From Macrostomum lignano (Eukaryota), in contig NIVC01001184.1 in assembly GCA_002269645.1 (NCBI GenBank), positions 278,540 to 342,539 of the forward strand: a stretch of DNA of 64,000 nt, written 5' to 3'. Positions 23,298 to 36,029 of the stretch are shown here, one piece after another. Within the stretch, counting starts at the first letter, position 1. Each line of letters opens with the position of its first letter. Below the pieces are notes generated by a model. The model searched no databases. It saw only the letters and a program-made list of their open reading frames with translations, and had not been told where the DNA came from. A program made the translations under genes and the position numbers.

Positions 23298-25583
23298 ATG
23301 CTGACGCCTCGTTCTTCGTTCCGCTCCATCGTCTATCAATTCGCCAACGATTCGAGCGTTCACGGGCTGTCCCGTTTAGTTGGCAATCGGCCAATTCACC
23401 TCAAACTGTGCTGGTGTCTCAGCTGCCTCCTGCTAGCCGGCTGGTTCGCCTTCTCGCTGTCAATCTGCGTAGGTAAACTGCTCAGCCGCAGGCATAGCAC
23501 CGCTATTTACACTGAAGACGTGGATTTCCAGTTCCCGGATGTGTACATCTGCCCGACTAGTCCGTTCTCGGGCAGCTATTCGGTCAGCCTGAGCCAGTCG
23601 GGTGCTGGGCAGCTGCGGACTAAACTGAAGGAAGTGGAAAGCTGGCTCAATGGAAGTCAGGCGAGTGCATGGCGGTTGGGGTGGTGGGTTATTGTGCAGT
23701 GTACATATGTGCATGTACAGTCTGGGTGGGTGTCTATGATGGCTCTGGTTTAGATAGATTAAATAATTAAGGGAAGACCAACTGACTCAGGAGTGAATGG
23801 GGGCAAATTGGGGTGAATGAGGGCGGATGGAGTGAATTGAGGCGAATGAAGTGAATTAAGGCGGATTGAGTTAATAGAAGTGAATGGGTTGCGGATGGAG
23901 TGAGTGGGTTTGCGGATGGAGTGAATGGGTTGCGGATGGAGTGAATGGGGTTGCGGATGGAGTGAATGGGGTTGCGGATGGAGTGAATGGATTGCGGATG
24001 GAGTGAATGGGGTTGCGGATGGAGTGAATTGGGCTGTTGGTGTGAATGAGTTCCGCATAGAGTGAACAGCTAGGATCACCATAAACCCCAATTCGCAGAC
24101 CGCAGCCAGCGGACAAGTGTCCGACCAAATAAAAGTGGCCGTGAACTCGCTGCCCTACCAGCTGCTGGCGGACACTATTGGCCATAGACTATCGCAGATG
24201 GTCCCCCTATCCAGATTCCGAGGCGCCTGGACTGTTGGCCACCTGATGGACGGCAGCCTGCGCCAAGTTCGCTGGGAGCCATTCTACCATCCGGAGCACC
24301 TGCGCTGCGCTAAACTGTTATTATCCGACCTTGAACAGCTAATGCTGAGTCTACCGATGAATCATCTGGAGATTCTATTAATAGCTGATTCGGCTACCCA
24401 GCTATTCTCACTGACCGACACGATTCATTTCTACGGTTCCGACGGCCCGAGACGGATTGCGGTGCCGGCAGCAAAGTGGAGCTTAGCCAATGGGTTTGAT
24501 GGCTTCAACTCGGCGGGGCTGAGGCTGCTGCTCACTGAGAAGAACACGTATCCTGGTGCACAGTCCGCTGGGATGCTGCTGTCGCCTGGGCTCGCTGTTG
24601 AAGCTAGAATCAGCATGCTGGAGACGAGGCACAATGTTGCCGAGTTCGGCGAAGAAGACTGCCTCGGCAAAGAGGTTGCCGGGCGCACCGTGTACTTTCT
24701 TAATCCTTACGATCATGCTAATCCGTACGAGTTTCGGTACAGCCAGGATTACTGCTATTATGCGGGTGAGTGGGTGGGGCTTGAGGTAGTGTATGGTTGT
24801 GGTAACCCTAACCCTAGACCCTAACCCCACCCCAACCCTGAACCGATCAACCGCTTGCCAGAACTCCTCAGGCGGCAGTTTGGGCACTTCAACTGCAGCG
24901 AAGGCCAGTACCCCGCGCCGATGCCCGTCGTCAGCCCCGGCGGCGATGGCAAAGTGACTCTGGGCAGCTGCTACAACTGGTCTCTAGCCGCATCAATGTC
25001 ATTCGGAGACGGCCTCAATCTCACCACTTTGAGAGCCGCACCGCGAGACGCGGCTCTCGCCTGCGCCAAGCAAAGACCCTGCCAACGACGGACCTACAGC
25101 GTGGCCTGGTCTGCGGCCATGTGGCCAAGCGAATCCGACGCCGTCCCTCTGGTTGCAGCTTTCCGCAGTCGCCTACAAGAAAAGCCGGCCGAACCGAAGC
25201 CGCTGTTTCACTATCTGGTCAATAACTGCTCGGTTGGAGATGCCAAATTGTACAGCAGTCTGCGGGCTCAGGCCATGCTGCTGAAGCTGTCGGCAGCGAA
25301 CCAGCTGTCCAGCCGGGTGCAGGTGTCCCTAGCTTACACCAGCTACGAGATGTTCGCAGAGGTTGGCGGCATACTTGGCTTGTATCTGGGCTGCTCTATT
25401 CTAACCATAGTTGAAGTGCTGGAATTGTTGCACAATCTATTAGCGCTGATGCTGTGTCCGACTACTAGCAGTAGTGATGACTGGGAGGAGCAGCCGAAAT
25501 CTGACCAGGCCTCGGATTGGAAAGAAAATTCAACACCGGCAACCAACGAGATGTCGCTGCAGAGTCTCGAGGCCGACGGATGA
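23298..25583 (+). CDS. DEG/ENaC (ASIC-like) sodium channel subunit, 3 exons, ~583 aa
   Basis: Exons 23298-23660, 24099-24765 and 24862-25583. FANDSSVHG (HG motif), TM1, FPDVYIC and TM2 AEVGGILGLYLGCSILT. The first intron appears to be GC-AG. Confidence 0.85.
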
Positions 25584-27074
25584 AAATTTAATCTAACACT
25601 ATCGAGAGCCTTCGAGACGGATACAGTCAAGTACAAGTGTTAAACTTTTTTGTATAGTGGACTAGCAATCAGCGCCCCCCCCCCGCTGGGGACGCGATAG
25701 AGAAAGGAATCAATGTTTTTGAAAAAAACTACATGCAGTTTTTAACCTTTCACTCTCTCTGATGCTTGGCCTATCAACAACTCCCAATTGACCCTTGGCA
25801 TATCAACAACTCCCAATTGACCCTTGGCATATCAACAATCCCCCAAGAGCCACAGCATTTCAGCGATTCCCCGTGAGCCTTAACGTCTTGGCAATTTTCC
25901 TAAACTAAATTCACAAGATCTCACCTTCTAGACAATTTCCAATTCCCGAGGGCAGCTTATCCGAGTTGATTTACAAGCCGAGTTATGTATAATTTTGAGG
26001 TTTTACCATAGACAAAACTTGCTTAGAAACGTAAGGAAATGCGACCAGATAAAATACACTAATGGTATGGGTACTGTTCAATACCTTTGCAACAGGCATT
26101 GTAAAAAATTGAATAAAAAACCGAACTAGGCACTATAAGTAGTATTTATCTAGTAAAGAAGTTGTGTTCAAATAGAACTACGAACTTCAATGCTGAAAAC
26201 AAAGACAAGTTACCCGAGGGCAATAGATAAAACGGTTTATTATCGAATACAACAGACTATAATTACAACAGCAATTAAGGTGTAACATTATTTTGCTTCG
26301 TTTGTTAATCTGCTAAAATCATAGTGACATAAGACGATAAAACCTACTTATAGCAAAAGTACTTATAGGAAATATACTTCGATTTATCACAAAACTCAAA
26401 AACGCATTTGAAAAATTATAAGCTTCAATTTTTCTTCTCTTGCAAAATGCATTTAAATAAAGTAGAAAAAATGTATAAAAAAACAAATCACAAAACTGGT
26501 AGATCTGCTAATTAAAGGACTAGATTACATTTTTAGCTAAGCACAACAACGAGCTAACGGACGTGACCCCTGTTGGGCGAGAATTTGCATTGAAAATATT
26601 GGATTTTATGAATAATTGTTTATATATCAGCAGCAGATAATTCACAGTTAAAAGTTATAAAAATAAGCAACGGAAAGTTTCGCTAAACTCTACTCATGCA
26701 GGCCAAACATAGTCAGTTGCACTGCGGGCTGCTAGTAAATAATTTTATAGGAGTAAATATGGAAGGATACTGCAAGCATAAAATCTACATTTCATTTTTT
26801 GGTTTTGCACAAAAATGATATTGAGGCTGCACTAACTACTGTTAGTACTGTACTGTGGAAGTAATAGGATAGGGAATATAGTAAGACTACAAGGTTTGCA
26901 ACAAAATAAAGGACTGAGTTTATTATTTTACGGAAAACATCAAGATGAGTAATAAAATAAATCTGATCTAATATGTGCGGATAAATCTAAATAAAAACTT
27001 CATCAAATCTAATGAATGAAACAACAAAAAACGTTTTTTATGTGCCGTGTGCTGTGTTGCTCAGCGGTTGCACC

Positions 27075-27910
27075 ATTAGGTAGACAGCGAATCCCTATTA
27101 GGTAGACAGCGAATCCCCATTAGGTAGACAGCGGATCCCAATTAGGTAGACAGCGGATCCCTATTAGGTAGACAGCGGATCCCAATTAGGTAGACAGCGG
27201 ATCCCTATTAGGTTGATAGCGGATCCCTAATTAGGTTGATAGCAGATCCCCATGTGGTAGACAGCGGATCCCTGTCAGGTAGACAGCGAATCCCCATTAG
27301 GTAGACAGCGGATCCCAATTAGGTAGACAGCGGATCCCAATTAGGTAGACAGCGGATCCCAATTAGGTAGACAGCGGATCCCCGTTAGTTAGATAGCGGA
27401 TTCCTATTAGTAGACAGCGGATCCCTATCAGGTAGACAGAGAATCCCCATTAGGTAGACAGCGGATCCCTAATAGGTAGACAGCGGATCCCTATTAGGTT
27501 GATAGCGGATCCCTATCAGGTAGACAGCGAATCCCCATTAGGTAGACAGCGGATCCCTAATAGGTAGACAGCGGATCCCTATTAGGTTGATAGCGGATCC
27601 CTATTAGGTTGATAGCGGATCCCTATCAGGTAGACAGAGAATCCCCATTAGGTAGACAGCGGATCCCTAATAGGTAGACAGCGGATCCCTATTAGGTTGA
27701 TAGCGGATCCCTAACAGGTAGACAGCGAATCCCCATTAGGTAGACAGCGGATCCCTAATAGGTAGACAGCGGATCCCTAATAGGTAGACAGCGGATCCTC
27801 ATTAGGTAGACAGCGGATCCCCGTTAGTTAGATAGCGGATTCCTATTAGTAGACAGCGAATACCAATTAGGTAGACAGCGGATCCCCATTAGGTAGACGG
27901 CGGATCCCCA
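27075..27910. repeat. ~22-23-bp minisatellite (ttaggtagacagcggatcccta)
   Basis: Read directly; starts immediately after the GABA-B R1 stop on the - strand. Confidence 0.85.
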
Positions 27911-27921
27911 AATCTCGCAGT

Positions 27922-30900
27922 TCACAGGTAGGTCTCAGTAGACAGCAGGTCGGTAGAAGCAACGGGACAATTCCTCTGCTGCTGCTGAGAGTGCAGCATC
28001 CGACTTGATGAGGCCACCACATCCGAGCAAGAGTAGAATCCGCTGGTAGCTTCGGCAACTTCGATGCCCAAACCGCCGCCACCGCGATGGCCTGCAGCCC
28101 CGCGACCCACGGCGCCGCCTCCGCCACTTTCGCTGCGAACTCTACCGCCAGCTCCGCCGTCGCCTCCGCCGCTAGCGCCGCAATTATCCATCCAATCAGC
28201 CAGCTGTTTGTGCAGGCTGCGCAATCTTACTTCGCAATTGCTAATCTGGCCTCTTAATTTGTCGTTCTCTTCTAGCATCTGTGCGTAGCGCTCCTCCTCC
28301 TCTTTAGACACCTGCTAGTATTATGATTATTTGTTGAAAAATGTCGTCAAAATTCACTACTTGTCTACTGAATAGTAGAGTAGATGCAGAAATTATATTT
28401 GTAAGACAATATTCGCTACTTGGCTTCATATAAGTAGCGTATTTAGCGCATTAACAATCAAAACCCACAAATTTCACGGGGACGAAATTTCGTAAATTTT
28501 TCTCGTAAATATATTTAAGTAGGCAATAGGCAATATTTGCTACTTAGCTACTTTAAGTAGAATAGTTAGCATACAGACAAATGGTTGTGAAAGCCATTTG
28601 GAAAACCGGTAATAAGCAAGCGAGCCCCACACGTAAATGACTCACTGTTCCTCCGCCTGCTCCGTCCGGTCCGCTGCTGGTCCCGCCGTTGCTCTTGGAT
28701 TCGCTCGACTGCGACTTCACCACCTCGGCCACTTTGGGTAGAAACAGCAAGCCGAGGCTTAGCACGCAGCACAGCCAGGCGGCTATGCTCACGAAAGCAA
28801 AGATAGCGGTCTCCTGGGCGCTGATGATCAGAGTGACCGGGGCTGTGATGACGCACAGCACTACGGTGTTGTATACAGCCATGCCTGCGAAACGGCTGTC
28901 CCACACCTGCGGTTGATAGCGATAACCCTCATTGTTGGTTAATCTATTTCACAGGTGGATTAGATAGGGAGAGGGCGTATGAGGGGAGGGGCGGGCGGGT
29001 AGAGGAAGGGTGGATAGGTAAAGGGGCAGATAGGTAGAGGGGCGGATAGAGAAGCGGATAGAGGAGCAGATATAGGAGCGGATAGAGGAGCGGATAGGTA
29101 GAGAAGCGGACAGAGGAGCGGACAGGTAAAGAGGCGGACAGGTAGAGAGGCGGACAGGTAGAGAGGCGGACGGACAGGTAGAGAGGCGGACAGGTAGAGA
29201 GGCGGACAGGTAGAGAGGCGGACAGGTAGAGAGGCGGACAGGTAGAGAGGCGGACAGGTAGAGAGGCGGACAGGTAGAGAGGCGGACAGGTAGAGAGGCG
29301 GACAGGTAGAGAGGCGGACAGGTAGAGAGGCGGACAGGTAGAGAAGCGGACAGAGGAGCGGACAGGTAGAGAGGCGGACAGGTAGAGAGGCGGACAGGTA
29401 GAGAGGCGGACAGGTAGAGAAGCGGACAGGTAGAGAGGCGGACAGGTAGAGAGGCGGACAGGTAAAGAGGCGGACAGAGGAGCGGACAGAGGAGCGGACA
29501 GGTAGAGAGGCGGACAGGTAAAGAGGCGGACAGAGGAGCGGACAGGTAGAGAGGCGGACAGGTAGAGAGGCGGACAGGTAAAGAGGCGGACAGAGGAGCG
29601 GACAGAGGAGCGGACAGCTAGAGGCGGACAGGCTGAGAAAACAAGTCGCACAGCAGTCCTGGAGCGCCCACCTGTTTCAGCTTGACATTCCTGGTCTCGT
29701 ACGCCAGCAGCAGGCCAAACAGCAGCAGCAGTCCCTTCCAGCCGAGCAGCACGCCGAGCCAGACCGCCCCATTCTTAGATTCGCAGCTGTTGCTATAGGG
29801 CTCGTATTCAACATCGTCATCCGAGCGTTCAATACGGAACAGTTCCCGTTTCATGCTCAGCGGATCGTTCACCTGCCAGGCGGTTAGGAAGGCTGCATCC
29901 AACAGGAACAGCACAGCAACGAAAGCGTAGGGCTCGAGTTGGGTGGCGCCCCGGCGACCGGTTGCCAGGCGATAGACGCTCCAGGTTTTGGCGAACAAAG
30001 AGCCGTAGCCGCCGGTGAAGCCAAGCGATAGAAGCCAGGCCTGAAGTGTGCGTGATTTAATTAAATGTCGTATTCGCGCTTATATTGCTACTGATGAAAG
30101 AGTAGCTTAAGTAGTGTGAAGCGCGCTTTTTATACAAACACCGACATCCCATCTAAAGCCATTGGTGTAAATGTTCTAAAATCGATAGCAACTCTTCTAA
30201 ATAAATAATCTAAAGACACATCATGAACATAGTATTTAGAAACACTGACACAGCATCTAGAGACACTGTCACAGCATCTAGAGACACTGACACAGCATCT
30301 AGAGACACTGACACAGCATCTAAAGACACTGACACAGCATCTAAAGACACTGACACAGCATCTAAAGACACTGACACAGCATCTAAAGACACTGGCACAG
30401 CATCTAAAGACACTGACACAGCATCTAAAGACACTGACACAGCATCTAAAGACACTGACAGCATCTAGAGACACTGACACAGCATCTAAACACACTGACA
30501 CAGCATCTAAAGACACTGACACAGCATCTAAAGACACTGACACAGCATCTAGAGACACTGACACAGCATCTAAAGACACTGGCACAGCATCTAAAGACAC
30601 TGACACAGCATCTAAAGACACTGGCACAGCATCTAGAGACACTGACACAGCATCTAAAGGCACTGACACAGCATCTAAAGACACTGACACAGCATCTAAA
30701 CACACTGACACAGCATCTAAAGACACTGACACAGCATCTAAACACACTGACACAGCATCTAAAGACACTGACACAGCATCTAAAAACACTGGCACAGCAT
30801 CTAAAGACACTGGCACAGCATCTAAAGACACTGACACAGCTAGCCTATAGTTAAAAAAATTCCTAGCAAGCCTTCAACTACTAACGCAAGTAGTGCAACA

Positions 30901-33900
30901 AGGTCACTACTAACAAACCTTAGCATGGCACAGGACCCGAAACGACCCCGGCGACAGGTTCACGAAGCCGCCGCTGAACCGATCGAACCCGTAGACGATG
31001 ACTGCCAGCAGGCTCAGCGAGCAACCTGCTAGCATGACTGCGTGCAGCACCGGCTGGCTGCAGGCCACCACCCGGTGACGCCGGTAGCGCCACAGGAAAA
31101 CCGCGCAACCAGCGCAAGCCAGCAGACCCAGACAGGCTAGCAGCGACATAATCCAATACAGAACGGCGTTGACGGGGCGGAATAGCGGCTGGATTAGCGG
31201 CTCGGAGCGGGGTCGAACTCCGCCAGGCCAAACTGGTTCCCGTTGGAGTTCGAGTTTATCCTCCTGCACCTGGTAGCGTCCGATGGTTCTGTACCGGCCG
31301 TTGACTAGCTGCTCAATCTGTGTCCAAGCGATCCGATTGCCAAGGGAGTCGAAGAAGACTCTGGAGCTGACCCCGTCAAAGTTAGTAGCGTTCATTGCTC
31401 GGTAGAGTTCAAAGAATACAGGATTGTCCGGCTGTTGATGCGTAAAATTCAACAGTCGAAGGCCGCGACTTTTTAGTCTGGAAAAATAAAATACGACTAT
31501 CAAATTCACTACTTGCCTACTGATAAGTAGAAGAGTGGAATTGCTAAAAATTCAATTATCATTAAAATTTTACGACGTAATTTAAATTATACCATAAATA
31601 TTCTTTGCTTGGCTACTTAAAAGTAGTGCAATTTGAGTATTCAATCATTTTTTACAGAAAAATAACCTTGCTTCAGCCGAGTGCATAGCCAAAGCCAGGG
31701 CCCAGACAGCGTCGTAGGCGAACGGCGACTCCGGGAAGCCGAGAATGCTGCCAATATCGCTGCGATTCTTGCCGAGCCGTTCCAGTACACGATTTTGAAA
31801 CTGCCGAGCCGTCTAAAAGTTCGGTTAGTTGTAAATAACCATTACTTATGCGAAAAGTCGGACTTGTCCGTAAGAGATGTAATGCGAGTATGCGAGTAGA
31901 ACCTAGCGCATGACTACGGCTAGAGGAGTGAAGAGGAGAGGGGAAAGAGAAGAGAGAAGGTAGATAGAAGAAAGGAGAGGCGAGGGAATAGAGTACAAGA
32001 GGGGAGACGAGAGGAGAGGAGAGAGGAGAAGAGAAGAGAGGAAAGAGGAGAGAGGAGAGAAGAGGAAGGGAGAAAAGAGAGAGGAGAAAGGAGAGGAGAG
32101 AGAAGAGGAGAGATAAGACAAGAGGAGATAAATGAGAAGAGAGAGGACATTAGAGAGAAGAGAGCTGAGAAGAGAGACAAACCTTGAGCAGGCTGGATTG
32201 CTATTGTGAAGTTTCAAAGGACCCGATACAGTAGGCCCGCAGACTTACAATTCCAGAATAGGTTGGCTGGTCAAGCTCATTCCAAGTCATACTCTCCGTG
32301 GTCAAGTGCAAATCAGCGGCCATAGACATTTCGTCTGGGGTGCAGTTGACTCGCTCCGCAGCCGGCCATTTCAAATACCAATCGTCCGAGTACCAACCAA
32401 TTAGAAGCCATTGATAGCGGGGGCCGAACAGACCCTATAGGTACAGTTTTATTAGTGCATTAAATATTATGTCATGGGTTGGTGTTTTACACAATCAACA
32501 AACACGTACAGTTAGTTTTTTTTTTCTATTTTACCTGTTTATAAGCCTGACAGAATATCTGGCGGGCCAGTGGATCGTAGAACAGGCCGATTATTATTCT
32601 GCAGTTGGTGGCAATTATGATTTTGTAACTGTCTGCTCGTTGAAGAAGTCCAGGCAGCGATACGAGTTATACAGGGCTGTTTAAGCCCAGATTAGGGAAT
32701 GGTTTAAAGGGCTCTTTAAGCTCAGATTAGGGAATGGTTTAAAGGGCTGTTGAAGCCCAGATTAGGGAATGGTTTAAAGGGCTGTTGAAGCTCAGATTAG
32801 AGAATGGTTTAAAGGGCTGTTTAAGTACAGATTAGGGAATGGTTTAAAGGGCTGTTTAAGTACATATTAGGGAATGGTATAAAGGGCTGTTTAAGTACAG
32901 ATTAGGGAATGGTTTAAAGGGCTGTTGAAGCCCAGATTAGGGAATGGTTTAAAGGGCTGTTGAAGCCCAGATTAGGGAATGGTTAAAGGGCTGTTGAAGC
33001 TCAGATTAGGGAATGGTTTAAAGGGCTGTTTAAGTACAGATTAGGGAATGGCTTAAAGGGCTGTTGAAGCCCAGATTAGGGAATGGTTTAAAGGGCTGTT
33101 GAAGCTCAGATTAGGGAATGGTTTAAAGGGCTGTTGAAGCCCAGATTAGGGAATGGTTAAAGGGCTGTTGAAGCTCAGATTAGGGAATGGTTTAAAGGGC
33201 TGTTGAAGCCCAGATTAGGGAATGGTTAAAGGGCTGTTGAAGCCCAGATTAGGGAATGGTTTAAAGGGCTGTTGAAGCCCAGATTAGGGAATGGTTTAAA
33301 GGGCTGTTGAAGCCCAGATTAGGGAATGGTTAAAGGGCTGTTGAAGCACAGACTAGGGAATGGTTTAAATGACGGTTCAAGTGTTAAAAGACTGTTTACT
33401 GTAAGCACATAGCAGATTTACTAATTCTAACCTAGCCTCCTTGCTCTTCAGCTGTTTAACAGCCTGCCCAGCATCGAACACAATCTCGGTCATAACGCTA
33501 CAATTATTCCGTCTCAACAGCTGCTCCAAATCTTTAGCAGTCGAAGCGAACACTTCCTCATTGGAGCGCAGCACAAACACTCGAGTCCAGTTGTATCTCT
33601 GCAGCAGTTTCAATCGAGTCGGGTTGTTCAACGCAGCGCTGGGGTGGGTACGAAAAAATGTTGGAAATCTGCTGCGATCGGAGAGCGCTGGCGAACTGCT
33701 GCCGTAGGACAGCACAACCAAATTCCACATGTGAGCAGCCTGGGCTACGTAGGTAGACACAGTTGAGCAGCCGGTGAGCAGGGTTACTACTCGGCTATTG
33801 TTGCTAGGGTGGTACAGCAGTTCGTACATCTTTCTGGCACCCAAGCCCGGATCGCATTGGCTGTCCTGGGGGTGCAGGACCAGGCGATAGTCTGGCAGGA

Positions 33901-34108
33901 TGTCCGGGTGATCATTCACACTCTGCAGGGCCATCTCAACAGCTGGCCAGCAGGCAATACCGCCAGCCCAGTCGCCAGACATTGGGAACAGGGCACCGAT
34001 ATGTAGAAGGTCCAACGGTTTTTCTCTCTGATTAGATGCCAGACAAAGACTAGCAGTGGACAAGATCAGCGACCAAGTAAGACTCACAATACAGCTGGAT
34101 TGCCGCAT
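27922..34108 (-). CDS. GABBR1: Metabotropic GABA-B receptor subunit 1, 8 exons, 883 aa, no sushi domains
   Basis: Exons 34108-33432, 32598-32535, 32434-32249, 31812-31667, 31477-30919, 30040-29672, 28906-28646 and 28311-27922 join in frame via GT-AG introns. Signal peptide, GALFPMSG, SYGSSSPALS, FFRTHPSA, 7TM with AYETRNVK and DSRFAGMAVYN, and a C-terminal coiled coil. Confidence 0.92.
28990..29635. repeat. 16-bp minisatellite (gacaggtagagaggcg) in a GABBR1 intron
   Basis: Read directly. Confidence 0.9.
30240..30842. repeat. 21-bp minisatellite (gacactgacacagcatctaaa) in a GABBR1 intron
   Basis: Read directly. Confidence 0.9.
31904..32240. mobile_element. Truncated GA-core MITE copy in a GABBR1 intron
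   Basis: agcgcatgact-cgg...GA tract...ccttgagcaggctggattgctattgtgaagtttcaaaggaccc, shared with 2393-2805. Confidence 0.7.
32672..33368. repeat. 35-bp minisatellite (gggctgttgaagcccagattagggaatggtttaaa) in GABBR1 intron 1
   Basis: Read directly. Confidence 0.9.
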
Positions 34109-36029
34109 GGCAGATTTTTGTTTTACTGTTTACTTTTTGGAATTTTGTAGATGGCAGCAATTAATTGATACAATTAATATAGGAATCTATCTCTTTTTAT
34201 AGTTCTATAGAGTATCATAGTAATAAAATATTCATATTAAAATTTAAACTCAGGTGCAAATCCAGAAAATTTTGAATGGGGGGCGCAGATTACTAAAGGT
34301 ACATGTACAATATCTATGTACATGTACACTATATGTACATGATAATGTGTATTTTCCATATAAAACATAAAAATTCAAAGTTGACATGGGGCGCATGCCC
34401 TGTGCATCTCCTCTCTCTGAATCTGCTACTGATTTAAGTTAAAATAAATTCAAAATACAACAAATCAGCTTTAAACTTTATGACATTACAAATACTAAAA
34501 AAGTCAATTAGCAAAAAAACAATATAAATACCACTGAGTATATACTATTGATATATAGGATGGTTAAATTTAATAGGTTAACATAGAATTGATCTATTTT
34601 TAAATTTAGCATGAAAAGCTATGATAATTACAATAGCAAAACTAATGAATCTTTATTAGACTTCATTACAGGTATTAAAACTAGCTAATTTTAAATTTAA
34701 ATTTATTTGAAGCTAAACATTACACCAAACTAATGAATTTCTATGAATTTGGTTTTGTCTAGCTTCCATAGAAAATATAATAACTTAGTCATAATTAAGT
34801 ATTAAAACCCTCATTGTAATTTAGGAAAGCTTTTTATGGATTTAATTTACAATTAAGGCAAAAATAAGATAGACTGCTAGATTACCTATCATAAACTCAG
34901 AAATAAATTCTAAAGTGATACTTTACAAACTGTGTAATCTTTTGAAACTTTTTGGTCCTTGCTTTTTAGATACTTTTAAACAATAACCAACTGAGTGAGT
35001 TTGAAGCTATATAAAATTATTGTAGGGCCTATCTAAAATTAGATTAAAAATCCAAATATCACTTAAAAATTTGATCAAATACTTTGCTGCAAATTTGACA
35101 ACTTTACTTCAAAAAGGCCGAAAATTCACTTTTAACAGATACACAAATAATACAAAAAAGATACAGAAAAAGCATGTGTGCATGCATGGAATGTATATAA
35201 TGATGACTCAAAGCCCGAAAATAAAAAAATTAACGATAAAAACAATAAATACTGAATTAGTGCTTTATATTTTGGACCAATACAGAATTCTTGATATTGT
35301 TTAGAGAAGAAGCGCAATTAAGAACAAATTTGGTGTGAATAAGAGATTAGATGTAAAATGATTGAAGCACATTTGAACATTTGTTATAGCGCTTTGATAA
35401 AAACGAAATATTTATAAATGTTTATATAAAGAAAATAAGTTACCATAAAAATTCCCAATAATGTTCATAATAAAAGATGAAAAATAAATGTCCCGAAATA
35501 AATGACTAAAATTCTTAATTACGAAAGTACTAAATAAATGGATGTTAGCATACAATTTTAGGTTTAACTACCGTTTTGTTGACGTAACAGACTTGGAAAA
35601 ACCTCAAATTTTTTATCGTTATATACTGCTAGTGGTATTTGAGTAAAACTTAATTATCCTTGCCTAAAGTTTTTGAATGCACTACTTGTAGATCGTACAC
35701 TTAATTTACACAATACTATACATGTATAAGAAGAGCGATGTTACTGGTACTTCGTCACTATATCATTAATAAAGGTGCAATTCAAGTATAGTAGCTAGTA
35801 ATCCCATCTTAATATCAAGTCAAAGTGTGCTTTCTAGTTATCGATTCTGATTTTTCGTTCTCCAATTACATTTTGTTATCGTGCAGTCGTAGTGTACATG
35901 TGCAAGCACAACTTTACATTTTGAAAAAAACAAAAGTTTGGATAATTCCTATACGATTCCTATACACCATGCATGATTTATTCTACCTCTCAAGCTGACA
36001 TAATCATGTGCACTTTTACTTTGTAAATA

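Noticed and set aside
24795-24845. Telomere-like (ccctaa) repeats as an interstitial telomere
   Set aside because: Only a few degenerate units inside a 96-bp intron.
26510-26740. Possible non-autonomous Helitron (ends gcgggctgCTAGT)
   Set aside because: No convincing 5' end, subterminal hairpin or second copy in the window.
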